A DNA stretch of 64,000 nt, from NCBI RefSeq assembly GCF_006345805.1, contig NC_043009.1, forward strand, positions 46,934,001 through 46,998,000. The letters are read 5' to 3'. Numbering within the stretch: position 1 is the first letter of the stretch; the number at the start of each line of letters is the position of its first letter. The notes below the pieces were generated by a model. It was not told the DNA's origin. It was given only the letters and a program-made list of their open reading frames with translations, and ran no database searches. Positions 11,925 to 26,668 of the stretch are shown here, piece after piece. This DNA comes from Octopus sinensis. Taxonomy: Eukaryota. The translations under genes were made by a program, and so were the position numbers.

Positions 11925-12860
11925 TTGAAGACTACGAGAGGCGTAAGAAGCTTCATTCTGTTATGAAAGAGAGCAGAAAATTTAATAGTGCGTCCATGCA
12001 TAATACCAGGGTTGCGCAGCAGATAGAAGTGCGGTAAACGTAGTTGCAAAGGGGAAATTAATGGCAAGACAAAATGTTTTTGAACTATTAGCTGATAGGT
12101 GGGAACAAAAACTTCTGTATGGCAAATATGAAGCCCGTAGCAAACAAGCTGATGTAGACCAGAAACACACCCATCAGTGTCTATAGATCTCAGAGCTAAA
12201 GACAGAGAGCGAAGGCTTTATCTTGGCTGTTCAAGATCAGAGCTTATTGACCGGCACTATCAAGCCAACTTGATAAAAAATGGAGTAGACCCAAAGTTCC
12301 GACACTGCAACGACGGGATTGAAACAGTGGAACACCTAATCTCTGGGTGTAAGGTTTTAGCACCTGTAGAGAACAAAACATGACATGACAGAGTTGGCTA
12401 TTATCTACACTGCGGCATTATAAAATCCAAGCTGTTGACAAACGGTACAAGCACTGCCCTAAAGCTGCAACTGAGGAGGAAAATGTAATGATCCTTTAGC
12501 ACTTTCCAATATACACAGACCGGACCATCAAAGTTAATAAACGAAATATTGTTATGAAAAACCAAAACAGTGAAGTTTGTTTATGCATTGACATGATCAT
12601 ACTCTGTGATCATAATATCTCGGCAAAAAATTTGATCAGCTCAGAGAATATAAAGATTTGCTAATCGAAATCGAAAAGATATGGCATCGCAAGACGGTTA
12701 CAATCCTAATGATTGTAGGAGCACTTGAAATGATAAAAAATTAACTGATTATTTGAGAATGATACCTGGCTCACCACCCACGCAGGAAGTGCAACAGATT
12801 ATCTTAAATGGTATGTTGCAGGTACCTGGAAGAGCTTTGTCGCTATAAATTGTCTTCCCT
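11925..12860 (+). mobile_element. Decayed 3' part of an R4/Dong-type LINE (CCHC knuckle + restriction-like endonuclease)
   Basis: Across frameshifts: RWEQKLLYGKY, EGFILAVQDQSL, KFRHCNDGIETVEHLISGC, HDRVG, DRTIK.NK, IEIEKIW, IVGAL. Confidence 0.85.
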
Positions 12861-13058
12861 TTTTCATTTCACATTGCTCTAGTCCCCCTTCGAACAGGGA
12901 GGGGTGGTTACTCTGCTCACCTAGCTAGCGGGGTGCCGTCATTTGAAGACTAAAACAATGCAAAGGCACATTGTGACCAGGGATGTGTAACAACATCTGA
13001 TAGCCTGGTCGGTCGCGTGATCACGTGAATTCTTCAGCGCAGTTCTCTCTCCCTCCCT

Positions 13059-13118
<60 letters not shown>

Positions 13119-14428
13119 GTTTATCCCGTCAATACACGTAGTTTAATGTGTTCCGTTTATGCTCAAAAATAGGATTGTGATTTCAGTTGTCGGGTGGAAA
13201 GACACGTTACCGAAGTCTCCTAAACAATAAATGAGTTGCAGTTGGGTATGGGTGCTGGCTGCTAATCCCCTTACAGTCACATCCTGGATGTGCCGCTAAG
13301 TCGAGAATATGCGCGATGGCAGGGTCTTTATGTGTGCACACAATTATATAGGTACATAAGACAAGAAGAGAAAGAGTTATAGATTTATAGATTTATTTCT
13401 TGCCTTGTTTTCAAAAATATTTCTATAGCTGATTATTTAATTTATGTAATTACAAATTAAATGCATATATATTTACCATATATAATGTGACTGTATTTAA
13501 CAAAATACCAAAAAGTAGAAGTTTTGAGTCGCCTTGTCATTCTAAAGTTGCACACTTTCACTTTTTGATTATACCGGGCATTAAAGTCTTTTTGACATCG
13601 TCTCTAATACCGGTTTCCTCATAAATAAGTACCAATAAATTATTACAAATAGCCTAGGCACCTTAATGAATTTTACACAGTAATTATACTAATTGCTTAT
13701 AATTATGGTCGAATTATGATTTTTTATTATTATCATCATTCTTTTTTGTTATTAGATTTCCGTGTTTGCTTATCCGAGTTCTCTACATTTAAACTATTAT
13801 CACCTCAGTTTCTTCAAATTTAAAAAAAATCTATTTAGTCTCTGTCTATTTCTCTCTCTCTCTCTCCCTTTCCCTCTCTTTCCCTCTCTCCCTTTCCCTC
13901 TCTTTCTCCCTTTCTCTCTCTTTCTCTCTCTCTCACTCTCCTTTTAGTCTCTAACTTTTAGATATTTAACTTCCAATTAAACTCTATTACCTTTCCTAAT
14001 TATATTTTCAAATTTAAGTATTTGCCTTTTCTCAGGTTAATCACAATTTTACCGCTGTTGTGTGTGTGCAAGAGAATGTAAGAGTTCACTTGATACCCTT
14101 AATGTCCTTAATTTTTTTTTTTATCATAAACTTAACTCTTTCTCTTCTAGAAACTATTTTTCTGTTTCTTCCTTTTCATTGTTTTTTTATCTCCATGCTC
14201 TTTTTTTTTAATGTAAATTCAGGAATCATTATCGTAAGAGAAAACATCACAAAGAATTATTTAATTTGTCCGTCTTGTTTTCTTTCTTTTATCCTCCATT
14301 TTTCGCCTTCTTCCACCTCTTCCTTTTCATCTTCTGCTGTTTTATTTCATTCTCCTTCCTTTACTCTTTCAATCATCGTTTTCCATCTCTTCCCTTTCTT
14401 TTAATATAGATTTCGTTAGAATTTTGAC

Positions 14429-14466
<38 letters not shown>

Positions 14467-14486
14467 GTTGAACTTCTAGCGAAATC

Positions 14487-14554
<68 letters not shown>

Positions 14555-14573
14555 TATCGATATATGTATATAT

Positions 14574-14621
<48 letters not shown>

Positions 14622-14643
14622 AAGGCCAAAAGAAAAAAATTCT

Positions 14644-15567
14644 AATCCCTAATATGCCGCAAATAGACTTAATCGTCAATAACCATATAATTCGTTACTA
14701 TAAGCACGCGCTTCGAAGCAAGCCGACAGAGATTTCTAAAAAAATCCGTTATTATCGAATCAGCCCCGATTTCTGAATTAATTCATAAGAATTTTCTCGT
14801 CGTCAGCGATAAATACGATAAGAAATAACTGAAATACTTACTTGTACCCATGGAAGAAGCAAATACTAGGTCATGTGTACACTTAAGTACCCCAAATATA
14901 TGCAAAATAGATCGGAGCCGATTCGATAATAACGGAATTTTTTAGAAATTTCTGTCAGCTGGCTTCGAGACGCGTACTTATAGTGATGAATTATATGGTT
15001 ATTGACGATTAAGTCTATTTTCAGCATATTTGGCACTGCAATTTTTTTCTTTTGCCCTTGTTTATAAGTTATTTATAAATTTAACGTTTAATGGTATTTA
15101 TAAATATGATGCCATTGAAAAAATTTTTTCGAAAATTTTATTCTATATTAGATGTAAATTTAATTCTGCAGCATTCCTCGAGACACGTGTGATCGGACTG
15201 AAAATTGTCATAGAGTGAGAGAATCCGGAAGTATATTCACTTCCGGACTCTCTCACTCTATGAAAATTTTCAGTCCAATCACACGTGTCTCGAGGTATTT
15301 CTATTTTGGATATATTTGGGCTACTTAAGTGTACCCATGACTTAGTGTTTGCTTCTTCAATGGATGCAAGTAAGTATTTCATTTATTTCTTATCGTATTT
15401 GTCGCTGACGACGAGAACATTCTTATGAATTAACTCAGAAATCGGAGCCGATTCGATAATAACGGATTTTTTTAGAAATTTCTGTCGGCTTGCTTCGAGA
15501 CGCGTGCTTATAGTGATGAATCATATGGTTATTGACGATTAAGTCTATTTTCGGCATATTTGGCATT
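14644..15567. mobile_element. Rearranged foldback/MITE-like palindromic element
   Basis: ~14644-14910 is an inverted repeat of ~15300-15567. 14911-15035 repeats the right-arm end. 15177-15296 is a near-perfect ~57-bp-arm hairpin with a 6-nt loop. Confidence 0.85.
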
Positions 15568-15879
15568 GAGTGCTACTGGTAACATGTAGTTCAGTACAAC
15601 CTGTCGCATGGTCGGATCGTCGGTGACTAAACTGACAACTCCACGAGGCTTGCTTGGTGAGGAGAGGGCTGTTGGACACCCTGCAGGAGGAAAAGTAAGA
15701 CCTGTCAAAGGACGAATAAACTCCTGAACGGCAGCCATCCAACAAAATGTCCGTAAATATGTATATATCTTTCTTTTTTATATTTGTATATATGTATAAT
15801 TTTACTTAATATATATATATATCCTGGTTTTGTCAATTTTCATGTCACACCGACGAAAGATTTCTTTGGCCAACAGGTG

Positions 15880-16450
15880 GGAGTAGTGCAGTGCAAGCTA
15901 CACCCACTGAAACTTATTCATCTGCACAGATACTTCCTGTACTCCATATCTTAGTAAAATCATTGAATTGGTTGGTTAGCAGAAACCTAAAAATGCACTT
16001 GTAACTTACTCTAAAATGTCTCAAACAGATTCAGTAAATAGTAAAAAAAGGCTTGGGAATCACATGTGGACACACATTCTCAACAAGATAATCTAGCATG
16101 ATCCTTGAAAGTATCTTCTCGGTATGTGCTAGAATAGTTATCCCTCTAGAATTACCACACACAGCTTTCGGTCCCTTACTCCTGTATATAGAGATGAGAA
16201 TACCATTTATCTATTCTTGTGGCACAGAAGATTCATTCCAAATTCGAGTATTAGGGCTATGAATTTCAGATGAAATATAAACCCCACCTGTTTTCAGAAT
16301 TTCAACTGGACTACCATCCAACCCAGGAGCTTTACCTGATCTCAGTTTAAATAATGCCAGATTTATTTCTTCAATGGAAGGTATATCATCCATGTGTTGC
16401 ACAATCTCTCTTTGCGGAATGTTGTTTATGACATTCATGTTCACTACGGA
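15880..16450 (-). mobile_element. Decayed LINE reverse transcriptase fragment (RTE-like)
   Basis: Minus strand: PSIEEINLALFKLRSGKAPGLDG..EILK, then GNSRGITILAHTEKILSRIML. Confidence 0.85.
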
Positions 16451-16576
16451 CGATATCCATACTCACATACACATATGCATACATAGAGAAAATTATACAC
16501 ATATACGCATATATATGAATATATATATATATACATATATACATACACACACATACATATATACATATATATATGT

Positions 16577-16633
<57 letters not shown>

Positions 16634-16783
16634 GGCGTAGCGTTATTTCGTCCATTGTTAAATTCAGAGTTCAAATTCAGTCTAAATCGATTTCATAATT
16701 TTGGTGTCCATGTAATCGATTCATCCCCTCCCCTAAATTTCAGGCTTTTTACCCAGAGGAGAAAGAAAATGAAAGTATATATG

Positions 16784-16821
<38 letters not shown>

Positions 16822-16844
16822 ATCGAAAAGGAGATCTCACGGAG

Positions 16845-17375
16845 AGTAAGGGCCGGATGGAAGGCGTTTAATGGCATAAGGGGTGTGCTCTAGGGAAGGT
16901 TGGACAGGACCACCCGCGCCAACCTCATTAACAGTGCAGTTCTGCCTGCAGTTATATGGTAGTGAAACATGGGCTACCACAAAGAGAGAAGAGCAAAGAC
17001 TGGTAACGGCTCCAAGAGCCATGGAAAGGTCAATGCTTGATATCTCGTTGAGAGAGCACATCAGTAGCGAGATCATCAGAAAGAAGTCCGGCGTGAGAGA
17101 TGTCATCGCAGAGTATACACGCAGCAAGTATAGATGGGCTGGACACGTTGCCCGGCTCACCGATAATCGGTGGACCCACGCAGTTGTCGAGTGGTACCCG
17201 CGCGAGTGGAAAAGACCACCCAGAAGACCTCCACGACGGTGGAGTTACGATTTCAGGAGGACGATTGGGATCACGTGGATGAGAAAGGCGCAATCCAGAG
17301 AGGAGTGGACAGCGTGCTGTGACCAGCGGTGTCAAATGGACACCTGACGGACTGGTCGGTCAAGGTGATCAAGGT
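16845..17375 (+). mobile_element. 5'-truncated RTE-clade LINE 3' end
   Basis: LYGSETWATTK..MERSML..IRKKSGV.DV..RWAGHVARLTDNRWT..WYPR..KRP..RP.RRW, followed by a short tail. Confidence 0.9.
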
Positions 17376-17388
17376 GATATATATATAT

Positions 17389-17493
<105 letters not shown>

Positions 17494-18188
17494 CAAAAAT
17501 ATTCACTGAGAATATTGGTAGGGAATATTGCTCTTGATAGGGAAATGTCTAAAACCTTAAAGGTATTTAGAGATTTAATAAGAGCGATTATATACTATAT
17601 AGTAAGAGCAGGAAAAATTACATCGAAAAACCACAGAAGATATATGTCCATAATATAAGTAATATATTAATAGATAAATATATAATGTATGATCATTTAA
17701 AAGGTTTGAGATATCTTACGATCGTTTCATGATGTATTACCCTTCGAAATAAAATCCAACATTGCTAAACATTATTAGGTAATACATCTACTCGTCAGAG
17801 AAAAGGGCGAATTTCCGTGTTGTCACTCGAATGAGAGAGATGCTATGTAAAAACGTATGATAAATATGTTTTTAAAAGTTACTGTTATAGATGTGCATCG
17901 GTAAAAACTAGCACATCTATACCACTAACGTTTTTAAACATCGTTATATACGTTTTTAAATAGCATCTCTCTCAATACAGTTGTTTCCACACATCGTTAC
18001 ACCCATAGTACATAATTGAGATGATACAATGAGCATATTATGTAATCACAGTCATCGTCAAAGATGTATGGTGTGTATCTTCAGGTGATTATTTCATATA
18101 AGGGCTTCGTTAGATCATTCCGTGATTTCACTCTGATTGAAATTAATACAGTGAGCTATTTTCAACAATTCGCAGACAAATAGGTTAA

Positions 18189-18253
<65 letters not shown>

Positions 18254-18334
18254 TGTGTGTGTGTGCGTGTGTGTGCGTGTGTGTGTGCGTGTGTGTGTGT
18301 GTAGAAATAGAATAATAGATAGATAGATAGATAG

Positions 18335-18379
<45 letters not shown>

Positions 18380-18869
18380 TACCTACATGAATATCCAGAT
18401 CAGCATTGTTATGAATTCAGTGTCTCATGAACACACATTTGTATAAAAGGAGGGATTCTTTCTCCCATAACGAAATCTAACAATGGCTACGTATATGTTC
18501 GAACTGGCTGAAAGGTACTAAGAATGAATGTGTAAGTCCTCGTTTTGTTTCTCGTCCTTCACCATACAAAGTACGATTTCTGAAATCAATAAAAGGATAA
18601 ACACACACACACACACACACATCTCACATGCACACATACACATATATAACATGTATATACATACACACACACACAAATATACATACATATACGAAAAAAT
18701 CCAGTGAAATCTGTGAAGGTAGAGTCAGTAGATCCAGTGATAATCCGGGTGGAGTACTGGCATGTGGATGAGGAGAGGTGCTGAATGTTCGGTAAGTGGT
18801 TCAGTCATGCAAGTTCAAAAGGTAAGACGTTCAGTCAGAATCAAACCAAATTTGATCGCTTAAACCTAC

Positions 18870-19040
18870 ATGTCCTTTTCATTCTACTCTTTTTATTTTC
18901 TCTTGCTCCTTTCTGTTGAAGAGCGTAGGCTCGAAACGTTAAAAGACATTTTCATTTTGCCCGAGAGTCAAACTAATACAATTGCTTGTTTTTCATACAT
19001 GCATCTTCGTCTTCTGTTTTTCTATAAATTTCAACTACAT
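18870..19040 (+). mobile_element. PLE-type non-autonomous repeat, family 3, with minimal hammerhead-like motif
   Basis: CTGTTGA-A-GAGC-GTAG-GCTC-GAAA-CG-TT at 18913-18940. Similar to 24265-24400; (TA)n follows. Confidence 0.55.
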
Positions 19041-19054
19041 ATATATATATATAC

Positions 19055-19127
<73 letters not shown>

Positions 19128-19508
19128 GGAAACACTCCGTCGGTTACGACGATGAGGGTTCCGGTTGATCCGACCAACGGAACAGCCTGCTCGTGAAATT
19201 AACGTGTAAGTGGCTGAGCAGTCCACAGACACGTGTACCCTTAACGTAGTTCTCGGGGATATTCAGCGTGACACAGAGAGTGACAAGGTCGGCCCTTTGA
19301 AATACAGGTACAACAGAAACAGGAAGTAAGAGTGAGAGAAAGTTGTGGTGAAAGAGTACAGCAGGGATCACCACCATCCCTGCCGGGGCCTCGTGGAGCT
19401 TTAGGTGTTTTCGCTCAATAAACACTCACAACGTCCGGTCTGGGAATCGAAACCGCGATCCTACGACCGCGAGTCCGCTGCCCTAACCACTGGGCCATTG
19501 CACCTCCA
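19128..19508 (-). mobile_element. tRNA-derived SINE, family B
   Basis: Near-identical to 8052-8437; inserted within (TA)n/(CA)n. Confidence 0.9.
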
Positions 19509-19586
19509 CACACATATATATATATATATATATATACATATATGCATACATACATACATACATACATACATACATACATACATACA

Positions 19587-19618
<32 letters not shown>

Positions 19619-19799
19619 CATGCATACATACATACATAAATACATACATAATACGGTGTTCAGTTGAATTCACACAAGTTATTTCTCCCGGTTTGTTACC
19701 ATACGTTCGTTTATGGTTAATCCATAAGCTGCACTTATTTACAAATGAGTCTGATGCACAGAGACGCACGCACACATATGTGCGCGTACTTACAAAGAC

Positions 19800-19864
<65 letters not shown>

Positions 19865-19869
19865 CAGAC

Positions 19870-19952
<83 letters not shown>

Positions 19953-19956
19953 CAGC

Positions 19957-20037
<81 letters not shown>

Positions 20038-20392
20038 GGATAGATAGATTGATTGATTGACATTGTTTGGGAGAATGCAAATAATAAAGGAGCGATGATT
20101 TAATTAAATTTGATGATTGTAAAATAATGTTTGTACTAGATATAATTATAAACAATCACTTAATGATAATTGATCTATGTCAGAGCCATATTTTCACTGC
20201 GCTGATACTGGCTGTCCCTCTCTTCTCTATAACTATATGCCTTCTTGCGTTAATTAGTTTCTTCAGTTACATTCATCTTTCTGAAAATGTTTGTAGGATA
20301 CATCTACAGATTACTATCTCTCTCTTCCGTTCTTTTATTCTCTTCATTAAAACTTCATTCACACACACAGACACACACGCACGCACATACAC

Positions 20393-20430
<38 letters not shown>

Positions 20431-20779
20431 ACACACACACACACACGTACATACATACACACACATACCGAGAAATTGTTTAATTATATCACGTAATTGC
20501 AAAATGAAATGTCCCTTCGTTAATTATACATCTGAATGCGAATAAATATTCAAATGCAATCAAATATTTTTGTACTCGTCTCAGCAATATTTGCAAGGCT
20601 AAATATAACGATAATGTGGAGGAAGGAGTATGAAATGGTAGTCCATTAAAGCAACAGCGTGTATTCACTAGCAATGTTTTCTGTTGCTTACTTTACTGAC
20701 ATATTTAAACATTATTCCATAATTTAGATGTTTTTCAATAACACCATTTAAATGAATGCCAGCCATTTTGAAGTGAAAC

Positions 20780-21170
20780 GCGTTTGTGCCGGAGAAATAT
20801 TTTAGATCTTACACGGATATTTATCTCTCTGTATGTCGACCAATTTCTTGGTAATTTATTGTTGCTATCCTTGTTGTTTTACTTCTCAGAGCTCTTGGTC
20901 TTACTTGCTCTGGTTCATTTTGTGAGAGCAGACAACAACCTGTTGTTTCTTTCTGCAACTTATAAGTTCGATGTTAAATTATTGTGGAAGACACTAAATA
21001 CTCAACCACCCTCAAGATCCTAGATGTCCCGATCTTGCTCTGCCCTCATGTAAATTCCGGTATATTTCTCGAATGTGGTTGTTAGTGCTCCGAGTGCCCC
21101 CACAACTACTGAGATAACAGCTACTCTCCGCATTGCACACATTCTTGTAATTTCATCTTTAGTAGACTGT
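20780..21170 (-). mobile_element. Short 3' fragment of another RLE-type (R4/NeSL-like) LINE
   Basis: Minus strand near 21060-21160 reads KDEITRMCAMRRVAVISVVVGALGALTTTFEKY, matching the RLE C-terminus pattern. Confidence 0.6.
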
Positions 21171-21171
21171 A

Positions 21172-24100
21172 TTATTATTATTAATATTAGAAGTTCATGT
21201 TGGTGTTATGCCCAGGGTGTCATATATTTAGTTTTGCATATAGTATTGTTCTAGATAATGCTTAAGAAAACATAAGAAAATTATGAGTTTGTTTTGATAT
21301 TTGAGATTACATAGATAGCATTTTATGTAGGATGTGGGCAGTTCCTATGAGCATTATCTATTGAATTTCTGCAATTTTGGGGTGTCCTGGTATCTGAGCT
21401 AGGAAGGAATTAGCCCCTTTTGCTATCATTCCTAGGGCACCTATGACAACAGATATTGTTTTAGTCTTGAGGTTCCACATTTTGCCGATTTCTATTTCGA
21501 GATTTTTATAATTGCTCGGTTTTTGGTAGTTCTTGACAGATACATTTACGTGGATAAGGACAGTCATATCTGGAGGCATGATTTTTTCTGAAGTCTTTCA
21601 ATATAATATCTGGCCTATTCGCATCCACCTTTCTGTCAGTTTGAATGTTGAAGTTCCAGAGGAGTGAGATATCATCATTTTCAAGCACTGGAGGTGGTTT
21701 GTATTCCCACCAGTTTTTATGATGGGGCAGGTCCAGGGTTTTGAAAATTACCCTGTGAATATATTGTGCTATTCTATCATGCCTGTTGAAATACTCTGTA
21801 GGCGCAAGAAAACTGCACATGAAGACAACATGATCAATGGTTTCATTTCCTTGTTTACATACACGACATCTTGGGCTACTGCCATCCTTTAATAAGCTGG
21901 TCTGGTAGTTCCTTGTAGGTGGGCATTGATCTTAGGTTGCTATAATAAACCCTCCTGTTTTTGATTTTAAGTCAGAAGACACTAACCATTGATGGGTAAG
22001 TGATTTGTCAACATAGGCACTATTATATCTCTTTGGGTATTTGCCATGGAGAGGTTTTCCTTGCCATTCATCAGTAAAAATATTTTAGGCAGAAGTTTTA
22101 GCAGATGTTCATACGCTTAGCTTTTTCTTGGCTTGTTTCTAGTACGTCTAATTCTGGAATTTGCTGTATTTGGAATTCACGTAGATATTCCTTTGCCTGT
22201 TTTGTTACTGAGTATGATGCTTTATTGTTTTTATACTTTGAGACAAGTTTTAACATCCAGTCATCAGAGTTTTTCAGTAAGTGTCCAGGGTAATTGTGGC
22301 AGTCATCATTCTTAATTTCAGTTGTAAAAGTCCGCAGCCGCCCTCCTTTCTTGGCAGGTCAAGTACTTCTATATCTGCCTTAGGGTGGTGCATTCTATGC
22401 ATTATCAACAATTTTCGTATTTTTCTGTCAAGATTACATATTTCACTAACTAACCAGTTAGTCACGACCGTTATGGCTAAAGTATTGATTGCTTCGATCC
22501 TGTTAATAATAAAGGTAGCTTTTGCACATTTATCGAGGCCAAATTGCATCCTGATGTCATCACTGAATTGTTTAACAATTGCTAGTAAGCCCTGTAGTTG
22601 TCATGTTTTGCAAAGAGCTTTAAATCATCCATCTAAATGAAATGATTTATGTTTTTATCAAACGTTTTATAGCCATATTGTACGTCATCGAGCAATTTCG
22701 AGAGGCATTAAAGCTAGTCAAAAGAGGAGTGGTGATAGAGAGGTCACCCTGGAAGATGCCACATGAAATTCTTACATCTCCAGCATTGAGAGATTCATTG
22801 TCACTGTTCAAAGTCAGTGTGGTTCTCCATGGTCTCATACTTACAGACAAGAAGTTTCGCAGAGTAGATGCTATTTTATACATTTCCAGACATTTCTTAA
22901 TCCAGCTATGTGGTAGACTATCAAAAGCTTTTTATAGTCTATCCAGGCTATCAACAAGTTTTTATGTTGTTTTTGACAATTTTCCAAGATCATCTTATTG
23001 ATGAGTAGCTGATCTTTACAACCATAGGATCCACGTTTAAATCATTTTTGCTCATTTGGGAATATACCACTTTCTAGTAGGAAACTATAGGTATATTCAG
23101 TCAAGACAAATGTTAGTATTTTATACATAGTTGTTAAGCAGGTTATGGGTCTATAATTTTTTGGCTCATATGTTTCTTCAAGTTTTAGAAGTAGCAATGT
23201 AACACCATTAACTAGCCAAGAGGGAATCATACTAGGTTGTTGCAAAACATTGTTGTGAAGTTTTGTTAGCAGTTCATGGCTCTCTTGGAAGGCATTCAAC
23301 CAGAAGTTAAGAATTTTATCCTTTCCTGGAGACTTCCATTTGTTTGACTTCTTGAGAGCAGATCTTACATCCTCTACAATGATACCCTCCCACTTTTGCT
23401 CTTCTAAGGAGTCTAAGTCTGTAGATATTCTATCAATCCAAGGGGCTTTTTCCTTGTATGTTTTTTATCCTGCCCTAATTTTATTCCATAATTCCAGCAC
23501 TTCTTTTGATGGGACAAACTTTACTGTAACTGGTATTTTCCTTATCTTCCTGTAAAATATGTTTTGTGTTATTTTTGAACATGTTGTCCTTGAAGAATCT
23601 AACGCACTTTTCATACCTTACTATGCAGGCAGCTTTAGCACATGCCTTTTGATAGTTTCTGTGATGGTACCGATGTTAAGTATGGTTTTTATATTATATT
23701 TTTCTTTAATTTTCGGATTTTTGTTGGTTTGATAGTCTTGTCTTAAGGGGTTATTTTATGTCAAACCTAAGTAGCTGAATTTGGTGTTGAATATGCTCTT
23801 GCCAAGTAGGCTTTTTGTGGGAATGTTGTCGCTTTCTAATCTTTTCACCACATAGAATCATTGAGATTTTCCCGGATGCATAGTACAGGTGGTTGAAATG
23901 TATAATATCAACATCATTGGCTGAAATTATATCCTTAAGTGCAAGGCGGGTTTTACCAATTACTTTCAGGTTTTGGTTAGAGCTGCGAATTTTTGAGAGA
24001 GTGTCGCGTTCATTCATATTGGTTTCTTTATTTTTCAGCCATTCAATCATGATTTTATTTTTAGATCATGTTGTTCTTTTGGGTCAGTTTATGCGTGAGT

Positions 24101-24270
24101 TTCTTCATCTATTTGATTTTCATCTGCCTTGGTGTTTATGTTTGGTTCAGAAAGTATTTCACTTTGCTTATCATTTACATTAACTCTTTCAATCATTTTT
24201 GCATTTTCATCAGACCTGGGTTGGTCTATAATTATTTCCTCTGTAGTATCTTCTTTAGCTGTTTCTTTCT
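21172..24270 (-). mobile_element. Long decayed R4/Dong-type LINE (RT + CCHC + RLE), antisense in the GPCR intron
   Basis: Minus-strand fragments: NYRPITCLTTMYK, GIFQGD, MQFGLDKCA, RKEGGCGL, CRVC..ETIDH..C..LAPTEY..RHD, NFNIQTDRKVDANRPDI, EIEIGKMW, VIGALG. The 3' end runs into (TAT)n. Confidence 0.92.
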
Positions 24271-24394
24271 GTGTTCCTTTCTCTGGAAGAGCGTAGGTTC
24301 GAAACGTTAAAGACTTTTTCAATTCCCGAGCGTTATACTAATATATTTGTTTATTGTCTACACCACCTGTCTTCGTCTTTTGTTTGTGAATTCT

Positions 24395-24400
<6 letters not shown>
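24265..24400 (+). mobile_element. PLE-type non-autonomous repeat, family 3, second copy
   Basis: CTTT-CTCTGGA-A-GAGC-GTAG-GTTC-GAAA-CG-TT-AAAG at 24277-24312. It truncates the LINE above and is followed by a long (TA)n. Confidence 0.55.
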
Positions 24401-24659
<259 letters not shown>

Positions 24660-24805
24660 GCAATACGAGAGTATTGCTTTCCAGTAAAGAATAGCCCTTG
24701 AGGGAAAATTATACATAGAAGTAAATATATGGTACAACGAAGTACCGATATTTATGGAAAATAGCGAACGTAATAAATACGACGCTAATGTATAGCTTCA
24801 CCGCG

Positions 24806-24873
<68 letters not shown>

Positions 24874-25100
24874 TACCTATATATGTGTGTGCGTATGAGT
24901 GTGAGTGTGGATGTGTATATTTATATAAAGCAAGATAGATAGATCTTGTTTCGGTGCCAGATGTTTTTGACAGAAAATATTGTTGCCTCAAGAAAGCACA
25001 TTTATGCTTGTGGTATGTATATGTGTGTACATACATATGTGTGCAAGAGTGAGCATGCGCGCGTGGATATGTGTGTATACAGTATGTATGCTTTTACATA

Positions 25101-25153
<53 letters not shown>

Positions 25154-25237
25154 GTATAGTTCGTATTTGTTTTGGGTTCACTTAATATATATATGTGTGT
25201 GTGTGTGTATTTATATACTAATTGAACCCAAAAAAAG

Positions 25238-25272
<35 letters not shown>

Positions 25273-25977
25273 TATATGTATGTATGTATATGCATATTTA
25301 TATATAAATTTCTACATATGTACATATATATATATATATAAATTAAAATTAAAATGAGGAGGAGAAATTAGATATTAAATTGATGTTATCAATTTAACTC
25401 CAGTGGTCTAGCTTATCAAAAAACTGAGGTTCAGTTACATACTTAGGAGAGTGATTACCACTATGTGGACACTCTAATGCTAGAAGTAGATCCGCTATGA
25501 CCTTACCACAAAGAAATGTTCTCTAGAATATTGAGCAAACACCAGAAACGTATATATATATGAGTATGTATTATGTATATCTGTATTCCATCTTCCGGGG
25601 ACAGCATTGTTTTTCTTCAGATACATTGGATGCCTATAGAAGTACTTGACAATGAAAGATTTTGTAGCGCTAAGAAAATATGTCAATGTCACTAGACATT
25701 CTTAAGTAAGTTTCGTAGAGAATTTGTCATTTATTTCTAAATAAGCAGTGAAATACCTTACAGCTATTTTACCTCATCACCCATTCTGACATATCTGTAT
25801 TTAACCTTCGCAGCAGACATTAATTTTGATGCTGTAGTTATGTATGGAAGTCACTACAGACATAATCTAATGTAACGATACATCGTAAATTCCGAAAAAT
25901 CCGATTGCATTTAACATTTAATCATAGTTTTCTTCATCTTTTTCTTTTAAACCTTGGGATCACATAGATAGTATTTT

Positions 25978-26061
25978 GCATAGGATATGAGCAGTTCCCA
26001 TGAGCACTATCTTTTGAATTTCTGCCATTTTGGGGTTTCCTGGTATCTGAGTTAGGTAGCA

Positions 26062-26062
<1 letters not shown>
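25978..26062 (-). mobile_element. Very short 3'-end copy of the same R4/Dong LINE family as 21172-24270
   Basis: Similar to ~21326-21405; abuts (TAT)n at 26063-26170. Confidence 0.65.
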
Positions 26063-26100
<38 letters not shown>

Positions 26101-26485
26101 CATTATTATTATCATTATTATTATTATTATTATTATGATTATTATTATTTTATTATTATCATTATCATTCAGTAGTTTTATTTTTATAACGTGCTTTCAC
26201 TTCACTACCGAGCGCAGCTCTGTGTGCCTTGGGTATGTACTGTGATTTGTTGTGATACTCTGGTGGTTACTGTATTGAAAGTGTTATTATCATTATTATT
26301 ATTATTATATTATTATTATTATTATTATTTTCCCTTCTTTCTCTTATTCCTTATCTTCCTCTTGTACTTCATCCTTATTATAATCATCATTATCATGTTT
26401 TTGCTTTTGTTGCTGCTTCTGCTGCTGTTGCTTCTGCTGCTGCTGCTTCTGCTGCTGCTGCTGTTGTGGTTGTTGTTGTTTAAAA

Positions 26486-26668
26486 CGGCGAGCTGACAAA
26501 ATCGATATCGTGCCTGACAGAATGCTTAGCAGCATTGCGTCTATCGTTACGTTCCAAGTTCAAATCCTGCCAAGTCGACTGTGCCTTTCATTCTTTCGAG
26601 ATCGATAAATTCAGTACCAGTCGAGCGTTCAGTGTAGATATAATCGACCAAGTCTTGTACCCATTGTA
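26486..26668 (+). mobile_element. tRNA-derived SINE, family A (diverged)
   Basis: Recognisable head and family core. Confidence 0.75.
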
